Below the pieces are notes generated by a model. The model was given only the letters and a program-made list of their open reading frames with translations, had not been told where the DNA came from and made no database searches. A program made the translations under genes and the position numbers. Of a stretch of DNA of 64,000 nt, positions 15,001 through 25,480 are shown one piece after another (the stretch's first letter is position 1; each line of letters opens with the position of its first letter). Source of the DNA: Eledone cirrhosa (Eukaryota); NCBI GenBank assembly GCA_964016885.1, contig OZ024759.1, positions 2,666,001 through 2,730,000 of the forward strand, written 5' to 3'.

Positions 15001-18000
15001 CTCCTCACTAGTTGAGGTAACAAAGAGGTTAAAGTTCTGTTTCACCCATGTTTCTACCTCCTCACTATATGAGTTAACAAAGAGGTTAAAGTTCTGTTTC
15101 ACCCATGTTTCTCCCCCCTCACTAGTTGAGGTAACAAAGAGGTTAAAGTTCTGTTTCACCCATGTTTCTCCCTCATCACTAGTTGAGGTAACAAAGAGTT
15201 TAAAGTTCTGTTTCACCCATGTTTCTCCCTCCTCACTAGTTGAGGTAACAAAGAGGTTAAAGTTCTATTTCACCCATGTTTCTCTCTCCTTACTAGTTGA
15301 GGTAACAAAGAGGTTAAAGTTCTGTTTCACCCATGTTTCTCCCTCCTCACTAGTTTAGGTAACAAAGAGGTTAAAGTTCTGTTTCACCCATGTTTCTACC
15401 TCCTCACTAGTTGAGGTAACAAAGAGGTTAAAGTTCTGTTTCACCCATGTTTCTACCTCCTCACTAGTTGAGGTAACAAAGAGGTTAAAGTTCTGTTTCA
15501 CCCATGTTTCTCCCTCCTCACTAGTTGATGTAACAAAGAGGTTAAAGTTCTGTTTCACCCATGTTTCTCCCTCCTCACTAGTTGAGGTAACAAAGAGGTT
15601 AAAGTTCTGTTTCACCCATCTTTCTACCTCCTCACTAGTTTAGGTAACAAAGAGGTTAAAGTTCTGTTTCACCCATGTTTCTACCTCCTCATTAGTTGAG
15701 GTAACAAAGAGGTTAAAGTTCTGTTTCACCCATGTTTCTCCCTCCTCACTAGTTGATGTAACAAAGAGGTTAAAGTTCTGTTTCACCCATGTTTCTCCCT
15801 CCTCACTAGTTGAGGTAACAAAGAGGTTAAAGTTCTGTTTCACCCATCTTTCTACCTCCTCACTAGTTTAGGTAACAAAGAGGTTAAAGTTCTGTTTCAC
15901 CCATGTTTCTACCTCCTCACTAGTTGAGGTAACAAAGAGGTTAAATTTCTGTTTCACCCATGTTTCTCCCTCCTTACTAGTTGAGGTAACAAAGAGGTTT
16001 TTCACTCCATGCTTCTCCCTCCTTACTAGTTGAGGTAACAAAGAGGTTAAAGTTCTGTTTCACCCATCTTTCTCCCTCCTCACTAATTGAGGTAACAAAG
16101 AGGTTAAAGTTCTGTTTCATCCATGTTTCTCCCTCCTCACTAGTTGAGGTAACAAAGAGGTTAAAGTTCTGTTTCACCCATGTTTCTCCCTCCTCACTAG
16201 TTGAGGTAACAAAGAGGTGAAAGTTCTATTTAACCCATGTTTCTCCCTCCTTACTAGTTGAGGTAACAAAGAGGTTAAAGTTCTGTTTCACCAATGTTTC
16301 TCCCTCCTCACTAGTTTAGGTAACAAAGAGGTTAAAGTTCTGTTTCACCCATGTTTCTACCTCCTCACTAGTTGAGGTAACAAAGAGGTTAAAGTTCTGT
16401 TTCACCCATGTTTATACCTCCTCACTAGTTGAGGTAACAAAGAGGGTAAAGTTCTGTTTCACCCATGTTTCTCCCTCCTCACTAGTTGAGGTAACAAAGA
16501 GGTTAAAGTTCTGTTTCACCCATGTTTCTACCTCCTCACTATATGAGGTAACAAAGAGGTTAAAGTTCTGTTTCACCCATGTTTCTCCCTCCTCACTAGT
16601 TGAGGTAACAAAGAGGTTAAAGTTCTGTTTCACCCATGTTTCTCCCTCATCACTAGTTGAGGTAACAAAGAGTTTAAAGTTCTGTTTCACCCATGTTTCT
16701 CCCTCCTCACTAGTTGAGGTAACAAAGAGGTTAAAGTTCTATTTCACCCATGTTTCTCTCTCCTTACTAGTTGAGGTAACAAAGAGGTTAAAGTTCTGTT
16801 TCACCCATGTTTCTCTCTCCTCACTAGTTTAGGTAACAAAGAGGTTAAAGTTCTGTTTCACCCATGTTTCTACCTCCTCACTAGTTGAGGTAACAAAGAG
16901 GTTAAAGTTCTGTTTCACCCATGTTTCTCCCTCCTCACTAGTTGAGGTAACAAAGAGGTTAAAGTTCTGTTTCACCCATGTTTCTCCCTCCTCACTAGTT
17001 GATGTAACAAAGAGGTTAAAGTTCTGTTTCACCCATGTTTCTCCCTGCTCACTATTTGAGGTAACAAAGAGGTTAAAGTTCTGTTTCACCCATGTTTCTA
17101 CCTCCTCACTAGTTTAGGTAACAAAGAGGTTAAAGTTCTATTTCACCCATGTTTCTACCTCCTCACTAGTTGAGGTAACAAAGAGGTTAAAGTTCTGTTT
17201 CACCCATGTTTCTCCCTTCTCACTAGTTTAGGTAACAAAGAGGTTAAAGTTCTGTTTCACCCATGTTTCTACCTCCTCACTAGTTTAGGTAACAAAGAGG
17301 TTAAAGTTCTGTTTCACCCATGTTTCTCCCTCCTCACTAGTTTAGGTAACAAAGATGTTAAAGTTCTGTTTCACCCATGTTTCTACCTCCTCACTAGTTG
17401 AGGTAACAAAGAGGTTAAAGTTCTGTTTCACCCATGTTTCTCCCTCCTCACTAGTTTAGGTAACAAAGAGGTTAAAGTTCTGTTTCACCCATGTTTCTAC
17501 CTCCTCACTAGTTGAGGTAACAAAGAGGTTAAAGTTCTGTTTCAACCATGTTTCTACCTCCTCACTAGTTGAGGTAACAAAGAGGTTAAAGTTCTGTTTC
17601 ACCCATGTTTCTCCCTCCTCACTAGTTTAGGTAACAAAGAGTTTAAAGTTCTGTTTCACCCATGTTTCTACCTCCTCACTAGTTTAGGTAACAAAGAGGT
17701 TAAAGTTCTGTTTCACCCATGTTTCTCCCTCCTCACTAGTTTAGGTAACAAAGAGGTTAAAGTTCTGTTTCACCCATGTTTCTACCTCCTCACTAGTTGA
17801 GGTAACAAAGAGGTTAAAGTTCTGTTTCACCCATGTTTCTCCCTCCTCACTAGTTTAGGTAACAAAGAGGTTAAAGTTCTGTTTCACCCATGTGTCTACC
17901 TCCTCACTAGTTTAGGTAACAAAGAGGTTAAAGTTCTGTTTCACCCATGTTTCTCCCTCCTCACTAGTTTAGGTAACAAAGAGGTTAAAGTTCTGTTTCA

Positions 18001-18481
18001 CCCATGTTTCTACCTCCTCACTAGTTTTAGGTAACAAAGAGGTTAAAGTTCTGTTTCACCCATGTTTCTACCTCCTCACTAGTTGAGGTAACAAAGAGGT
18101 TAAAGTTCTGTTTCAGCCATGTTTCTCCCTCCTCACTAGTTTAGGTAACAAAGAGGTTAAAGTTCTGTTTCACCCATGTTTCTACCTCCTCACTAGTTGA
18201 GGTAACAAAGAGGCTAAAGTTCTGTTTCACCCATGTTTCTCCCTCCTCACTAGTTGTGGTAACAAAGAGGTTAAAGTTCTGTTTCACCCATGTTTCTCCC
18301 CCCTTACTAGTTGAGGTAACAAACAGGTTAAAGTTCTGTTTCACCCATGTTTCTACCTCCTCACTAGTTGAGGTAACAAAGAGGTTAAAGTTCTGTTTCA
18401 CCCATGTTTCTACCTCCTCACTAGTTGAGGTAACAAAGAGGTTAAAGTTCTGTTTCACCCATGTTTCTCCTCCCTCACTAG
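1..18481. repeat. 57-bp tandem satellite array (~325 units in window, continues off the left edge), intronic
   Basis: Consensus GTAACAAAGAGGTTAAAGTTCTGTTTCACCCATGTTTCTCCCTCCTCACTAGTTGAG repeats continuously. About 15 copies of a 49-bp variant (GGTTTCTCACTCCATGC) are interspersed. The array ends at CTAG 18478-18481. Confidence 0.98.
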
Positions 18482-18633
18482 TCGCCACCTTCAATTCAGA
18501 ATATTATAAAACTATGCTTGATGAGGAGACTGACTTTATGAGACCAAACTCTCTGAAGGCTTTCAAGAAAGAAGAGCGGTTGATGAAGATTGAAGAACAG
18601 AAATCCAAAAGATCAATTAAATCACCTCCAAAG
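18482..18633 (+). CDS. SPAG17: Coding exon, probable SPAG17/PF6 central-apparatus protein
   Basis: ctag|TCGCC acceptor and AAG|gtaaga donor; 152 nt encoding xATFNSEYYKTMLDEETDFMRPNSLKAFKKEERLMKIEEQKSKRSIKSPPK. It ends in phase 0, compatible with the exon at 32589. Gene identity is inferred from the downstream exons. Confidence 0.62.
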
Positions 18634-18720
18634 GTAAGAGATTTAACTTCCATATATATCATCATCATAATCATCATCACCATTGTCATCGACATTGTAT
18701 TTGGCAAGTTATTTAAAGGG

Positions 18721-19025
18721 TGCACACATACACACACACACACATACACACATACACACGCATACAGACACACGTACAGATGCACACACACATATACACA
18801 CACATGCACACACACACACCCATACACACACATACACATACACCCATACATACACACACAAACACACATACATACACGTACACGCATACACACACATACA
18901 CGCACACACATACACACACATACACACATACATACACACACATACACACACATACATGCACACACATACACATACACACACGCACACACACCCACACATA
19001 TACATGTATGTATATATATATATAA
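18721..19025. repeat. (CA)n/(CATA)n compound microsatellite
   Basis: Read directly. Confidence 0.9.
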
Positions 19026-19029
19026 TAAA

Positions 19030-20100
19030 AGAAAACAAAGAGCACTTATAACATCAATCAATTTTTATTCGCTGATAGTGTTTCATCCATACCATGGGGC
19101 AGGACTCATCAGAGCGTTGAAAACAAAAATACAATAATGAAGATAAGCTCTACCGACCTACATCATAAGAACAATAGATATATGGTACAGGATCATAGGA
19201 TAATAGGGAGAATGGAGATGATACATAATAAGGTTGTTAGTCAGAGTAAGGAAAAATAAGGAAAAATAAGGAAAAATAAAGTAAAATGAAATAATCACAC
19301 AAGAGATAGATGCATGTGAAGGAACATGAAATCAGTCAAGGCGATAAAGAAAAAAGAAAGAATACTCAAAAATATTTAAAATATAAATTAAAAAAATAAT
19401 AATTAATGAAACAATAATTAAAAAATAAAAAAATAAAAAAATAATTAAAGATAATTAAAAAAATAAAAATTAAAAAGTTACAAAAAGAAATTAAAAATTA
19501 ATAAAAAAAAATAATAAAAAAATATATATTTAACAAAATAATAAACAAGAGAGAGGGGAAGGCATAGATGCGTATGAGGGCACACAACAAACGCAAGGAG
19601 AGGAAGCATGCATTGGTCACAGTCGAATAGATATATAGGCCAGATGATTTCCCATGACAAAGAGTCTTATATCCTATAGTTTCACAGGGTGAACCACAGT
19701 GCACTCAAATATTACAGTTGTCAAAGTAGGGATATCCAGCAGATAAATTACAGTAGGACTAGGCATCAACCGGGATGTCATAGAAAAGTGCCATGTAGCC
19801 CTTAAAGTATGGTAATAAGGTTCAGAGGGGATTTAGTATTCTCCAAATTCAGCACGGTTAGGGTAACCATAAGGTAGTGGAGCTGTGCGGATAAGAGGTG
19901 TTAGTCTTGCATAATGATGGGTACAACACAGGCAGAAGCAGGAACACAAGCAAAGCAGGGTAAATGTAGAGAAGAAGCTGAAGCAGTCAATTCACAACGA
20001 AAAATTCATAACAGACAATTCATACATGGTTTAAACAATGTTTGAGGCATATCCGGCGAGGGGAACAAAAAACATAAATATCGTCAGTAGATGGTAACTC
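19030..20100 (-). mobile_element. Degraded Penelope-like element 3' part with hammerhead-like motif
   Basis: The minus strand reads cgct-CTGATGA-gtcc...ggat-GAAA-cactatc-agcg at 19070-19116. A decayed FKPCMNCLL-like motif lies near 20010-20040. Boundaries are approximate. Confidence 0.4.
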
Positions 20101-20425
20101 ACGAAATGTCACAACATATATACACACATGTATATATATATCCTTCATAGATGGTATTCCAGTTATGTTCATACATCCACATGTACATATCATAACGTAT
20201 GGTACTATATGTTATGAGCCGGTGTTCAAATCGAAATCCTCATATAAGTAGTGCTCCAGATTGCGGTATTATACTATTCACACTCACCCACAGTAATGTA
20301 CATCTAATTCCGTGTTCCAAGGGTATTATTGTCCGAGCATTGCATGAACACACATTATAGCAGTAGCTTGTTGACTATTCACATGAAGCACGTGGTTAGA
20401 CAAACAAACTTAAAATATAATATAA

Positions 20426-20611
20426 TTGTTTCTACTTTAGGCACAAGGCCAGCAATTACCCAGTACATTACTGGTACTTTATTTTATCGACCCCGTAAGG
20501 ATGAAAGGCAAAGTTAACCTCGGCGGGATTTGAACTCAGATCGTAAAGAGACATAACTATGCTGGAAAGTATGGCGTCCGACCCTCTACCGATACTGCCA
20601 ATCCACCGCCC
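20426..20611 (-). mobile_element. tRNA-derived SINE, family 1
   Basis: Minus strand has A-box-like TGGCAGTATCGG and B-box GAGTTCAAATCC. Homologous copies occur at 23809, 49500 and 52903. Confidence 0.8.
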
Positions 20612-20757
20612 TTACAATATAAAACTTAAAATATAATATAATATAACATGACATATAACATGACATAAAATATACAAGAACGAATCAGTAATTCTGCCCA
20701 GTGCAACTGTGAGTCAATTCACTCATACATGTGTTCATTAACTAAACAAGACAGCGA

Positions 20758-20812
<55 letters not shown>

Positions 20813-20839
20813 AATATATATATATAAATAAATATATAT

Positions 20840-21335
20840 CCAGACGGAACTTGAACTGTTAAGGTCTCGTTCCTGGATATGTCAATATTTATAAAACAAA
20901 CTTTGTATTTTATCTGATGGGAGCGTACCAAATATATATAATAAAATAAATATGGTTTTATAAATATAGTTTCCATTTATTAATATCATTGTTATATATA
21001 TATATATATAAAGGTTAAACAAGGTTCAATGAATAAATCAAAGAATGAGTTTTACAATAGATTGGAAGCACTCCACAGATATGGTTTTGTGTATTATATG
21101 TAATTTTTTCATGTCTCAATCTTAAGGTATATAAATATTGAGTTTTGTCATATCTTATTCACTACCATGACTGGATCTTAACCATCTACTAAGTCAGGGT
21201 ATGTCATGCATCATCTTATTTTATCTGATGAGGACGTACTGTTGAAGATAGCTCAGTACCTCTGAAATATATATAATAAAATATACTTGATCACACGAAT
21301 ATCTATTTTTTGTTAATATTTTGAATTAATATATA
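20840..21335 (+). mobile_element. Two short Penelope-associated terminal fragments, one with an intact hammerhead motif
   Basis: TATTTTAT-CTGATG motif near 20906 (decayed) and at 21217 (intact). Related to the 31470-31843 palindrome arms and to 44050-44220. Confidence 0.55.
21217..21283 (+). ncRNA. Minimal type I hammerhead ribozyme motif
   Basis: Stem I TATTTTAT/ATAAAATA (8 bp); core CTGATGA 21225-21231; stem II GGACGTACTG/CAGTACCTCT; GAAA 21264-21267; 1-bp stem III with palindromic ATAT loop; predicted cleavage after AUA at 21275. Confidence 0.7.
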
Positions 21336-21344
21336 TAAATATCT

Positions 21345-22885
21345 GACAGAGTCCCCCGCTCCATTATCTGGTGGGCCCTTAGAAAACTAGGTGTAGATGA
21401 ATGGCTTGTGAGAGCTATACAAGCTATGTATAATGAAACAGTCAGTAAGGTTAGAATTAACAATGAATATTGTGAAGAATTTAGTGTAAAAGTTGGCGTT
21501 CATCAAGGCTCTGTCCTTAGTCCCCTCTCATTTATTATTGCGCTTCAGGCTATAACAGAGGAGTTCAAGACCGGCTGCCCTTATGAACTCCTATATGCAG
21601 ATGATCTAACTCTCATAGCTGAATCTATGGCTGAACTAGAGAAGAAATTCTAAACATGGAAGCATGGCCTAGAATCAAAAGGCCTTAAAGTTAACTTGTC
21701 TAAGACTAAACTTATAGTTTGTAGTAAGGAAAATAGGGCACAGATGCCCTCAAGGAAATGGCCATGCTCAGTGTGTAGGAAAGGAGTAGGCAGAAATTCC
21801 ATTTTATGTCCCAAATATGGGTACATAAAAAATGTAGTGGGGTCACAGGTTAACTATCTAAGAACGTAGACTTTATATGTGGCCAATGCTCAGGTGCAAT
21901 AAGTAGCAAGTGCCCACAGGATACTAGCTCCTTCTATTGCCCAGTTGGTTCTATAGAAATAGTAGACACTTTCCGTTACCTGGGTGACGAAATCAGCAGT
22001 GGGGGAGGGTGCTCTGAAAGTACAGTAGCCAGAGTCAGAACGGGATGGAAAAAGTTCAGAGAGCTTATACCGCTATTGGCCACAAAAGGTTTCTCTCTAA
22101 AATTGAAAGGCAGATTGTATGATGCCTGTATACGAACAGCAATGCTACATGGCAGCTAGACATGGGCATTACGTGCAGAGGATATACGCAGACTGGAAAG
22201 GAACGAAGCATGCATGCTCTGTTGAATGTGTAATAGTAATATACGTGAACTGCAAAGCATAAATGAACTAAGTGAGAAATTAGGAATAAGAGGGATCAGA
22301 TGATGTTTACTTGAGAGAAGACTACATTGGTATGGTCATGTGATGCGCATGAAAGACGACAGCTGCATAAAAAAGTGCAGGGCGATCAAAATTGATGGTA
22401 GTTACGGAGTAGGTAGACCCAGAAAAATCTGGGACGACTTGATAAATTCCGACCTCACTCACTTGCATCTCTCTAAGACAATGTCTCTGGACCGAGATCT
22501 TTGGCGCTACGCAGTAATACAGAAGACCTGCCTTACCTATGTACAAAGCAAAACCTACAGTCAGTAGGCAACTCTTAACCAAATATACACCCCAATCCAC
22601 TACCCCTACCCTATCCTCCCACTCCCACCAACAGCACGAGAAAATGAGATCAAGATCGTGTAGGTGTCATGACAAAAAAACACACAGTCCACGCTGTAAT
22701 GTGCCCGTGTAGGTAAAATGGTCAAAAGTCCCAGTTCCACACTGTAAATGTGGTTGGTGTTAGGAAGGGCATCCAGCCGTAGAAAACCTGCCAGATAGTC
22801 CTATATGAGTGAGACACGGTCACCCGACCAGCCTTGCCTCACGTGGGGCAACTCCCGTCTAATGGACATTAAACGAAGATGATGA
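21345..22885 (+). mobile_element. 5'-truncated, decayed RTE LINE (subfamily A-like)
   Basis: GVHQGSVLSP and LLYADD motifs with several stops. The 3' UTR is homologous to 43645-44037, and there is a degenerate (GAT)n tail. Confidence 0.92.
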
Positions 22886-23158
22886 AATATCTCTCTATAT
22901 ATAAAACGGAAGATGTCTGTGTGTGTGTAATTTTTATGCATTTCCACATTTCTCTACCGATTTAGATGATTTTTTTTCCAATGTGCTCCAAATTTACCAA
23001 CGATGGTCAACGTGTAATAAACTTTGCCAAAAATTTCCTGCTTCTATGAAAAAAATCGCTAAAACTAAATACATGCTGTAACCCTCTCTCTTACATGCTT
23101 AATCCTTCTCTCTACTACCCTCAAAAATCGATGAAACAACATACATGTTGCAGCTCTC

Positions 23159-23430
23159 TTTAAAAGGTTCATCCCTCCCTCTATTCCCCCTCTCAACCTC
23201 CTCTGCAACTCTCTTTAAAAGGTTCATCCCTCCCTCTACTCCCCTCTCAATCTCCTCTGCAACTCCCTTTAAAAGGTTCATCCCTCCCTCTACTCCCCTC
23301 TCAATCTCCTCTGCAACTCCCTTTAAAAGGTTCATCCCTCCCTCTACTCCCCTCTCAATCTCCTCTGCAACTCCCTTTAAAAGGTTAATCCCCCCCTCTA
23401 CTCCCCTCTCAATCTCCTCTACTCCCCTCT
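23159..23430. repeat. 54-bp minisatellite (~5 copies) inside the Helitron-like element
   Basis: Unit TTTAAAAGGTTCATCCCTCCCTCTACTCCCCTCTCAATCTCCTCTGCAACTCCC. Confidence 0.9.
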
Positions 23431-23808
23431 CACATCAATTTATACAACACCAAACATAGTCATAACAACGCTCAGACATCAAATAACAAAACTTAAAATG
23501 CCGATAAAACTAAATACATTTCATTCAAAACATTTTCTAAGTGAGTTAATATTTGTATACAACAACTACAATGGTACGCGATGGGGGACCGAATGGAGAA
23601 TTCGTGTCCCCGGACGACGGCAAGGGAGATGCGCTGGAAAAGCCACTCCAACTCGCGGAGCTCACACCTGCGGCTGGTCAGCTCAGCACCTATAGTGGTG
23701 AGTAGGGAGGTAGCCCTAGGACACCAGAAGTCTCCAGTGCCAGGGGTACGACCGCAAACCTGTCAGAGAGCGACCGGTATTTTACCATTACATTTTACAT
23801 CAAATAAC

Positions 23809-23995
23809 TGTTTCTATTTTTGGCACAATGCCAGCATTTACCCAGTACATTACTGGTACTTTATTTTATCGACCCCGTAAGAATGAAAGGCAAAGTTAAC
23901 CTCGGCGGGATTTGAACTCAGATCATAAAGGGTCGTAACTCTATGCTTCAAAGCATGGTGTCCGACTCTCTACCGATACTGCCAATCCACCGCCC
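23809..23995 (-). mobile_element. tRNA-derived SINE, family 1, with 16-bp target-site duplication
   Basis: TSD TTTTACATCAAATAAC at 23793-23808 and 23996-24011; A/B boxes on the minus strand. Confidence 0.88.
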
Positions 23996-24546
23996 TTTTA
24001 CATCAAATAACACATAAAGCAACAGATGAATTTATACAACAAATGTAGTCTAACGACGCTTAAGCATTTATTTACTTGAATCTCAAGAAAGACATATTTT
24101 ATTGTTGTCCTTTTTGTAATTTTTTTTCTGATTTTAGCAATATGAAACAAAAAAATAATGAGAAACTTTTTTCAGGAACGTCCGATTTTGATGATTTTTT
24201 CTCCAGTGTGCTCCAAATTATCGCCCCTGTTTACGCTCTTTTGTGCTATAACTCAGATGGGCTTGGCTTACAGGTTTGACCTACTATTTGACGTGCATTC
24301 TTCATACAACTTACTTAGTACTCACTTTCCACTTATTCGCTGTTCAATTGAAATTTTTCGCTACCCCTCCTTCCTTGCTTACCCGTATTTACTTTGTTTG
24401 CCTCAATAAGCATAATTGAGTGGAATCATTAAGAGCACTTTAAAGCAATTAAACTCCGAGCAACGCCGAGCACTTCTGCTAGTATTTATATATATAGAAT
24501 AAGGAAATACAAAGTAGTTTAAATGATAAAGTCTTTTATTGATAAG

Positions 24547-24614
24547 GCTGTGATACATATTTCAATGACAACAGTAGCCATGTAGTACCCGGTGCCATGA
24601 TCTCATCAGACAGC
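24547..24614 (-). ncRNA. Minimal hammerhead ribozyme motif (Penelope-type terminal repeat)
   Basis: Minus strand GCTGT-CTGATGA-[stem II]-GAAA-T-ATGT-A-TC-ACAGC. Stem I is a perfect 5 bp; stem II is weak. Confidence 0.55.
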
Positions 24615-25480
24615 TTCTTACATAATAAGGTTTCAATCATAATAAGGTTTCAATCCCTGTATCAACTATCCTGACATGTATATATGTGTAAAAACCTTGA
24701 TTGTGTATGTGATAGAATTTTTCTTTGTTATTTTCATTGCTTTATCATTTTTTCATTTCTTTGATTGTTTTTCATTGTTAATTTCATGTGACAGAGGATA
24801 TTAACTTAGTATTTGTTTAAATTTTCACGCTCCACACTTTAGGCTATATTCTTTACTTAAAACAGGGTTCTCTATTTTAATTCTTATCTCTCATTCATAT
24901 TGCTAACTCTAATTTCTATTATGAAAACATAATATCTAGACGATGAAATAATTCTATTTGTGGGGAACAATCAATTCTATTGTCTAAGTATAATTAAGCC
25001 TAGTGTTAAACCTGTAGCAGGAGTTGCCTCCCTTGTTGTGACACTCACATCCCAATAGATTAACGCTCTCTAGACAGAAAGTAGAACCCTTTCTGTAACT
25101 TCCGGTCAGAACCCTATAAAACTAACAACTTTAAGTTCCCTCTCTCTCATTTGCCTTTTCGGCTCCTGGCCTTAGCCAGCCGTCTTCTGCCAGGCGCGTT
25201 CGCCTGGCAACCAAAATGGTAACTAATAACTTTGCTTCATTCTCTCATCTATTCATTGACATGTCAACTATACTGTTCTATATATCCACAAATTGTTAAT
25301 TAAATATTATACACACAAACCAATCGTCTTTGTTATATTCATACAACCCAGTATTTTGTTATAAACCTATCAAATGTTAATAATTCGAGAATGTAGTGTT
25401 AATCACTATATTTACCAATTCTACCCTATTTCTATCTTAATATACATGCCTGTGTATATGGGTATGTGTTTATGTCTATA

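Larger units (their letters stand above)
22890..24482 (+). mobile_element. Non-autonomous Helitron-like element
   Basis: Starts A|TC; ends with a GC-rich imperfect hairpin CCGAGCAACGCCGAG then CTGCTAG|T. The same terminus occurs at 31983-32010. Internal direct repeat ~22958 vs ~24182. Confidence 0.65.

Noticed and set aside
1-18481. CRISPR array
   Set aside because: No unique spacers, no cas genes, eukaryotic context.
1-18494. 19-aa repeat ORFs on both strands (ETWVKQNFNLFVTSTSEEG / EVTKRLKFCFTHVSPSSLV) as a giant repetitive protein
   Set aside because: Frequent stop-creating variants and frameshifting 49-bp and +/-1 units. The ORFs arise because 57 is a multiple of 3.
18634-19137. HT/CV-rich ORFs here and similar IY/HT/CV ORFs elsewhere
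   Set aside because: Translations of (CA)n/(TA)n microsatellites. The real exon ends at the donor at 18634.
24959-25315. Possible solo LTR (TG...CA, TATAAAA)
   Set aside because: No target-site duplication or second copy seen; cannot be supported.
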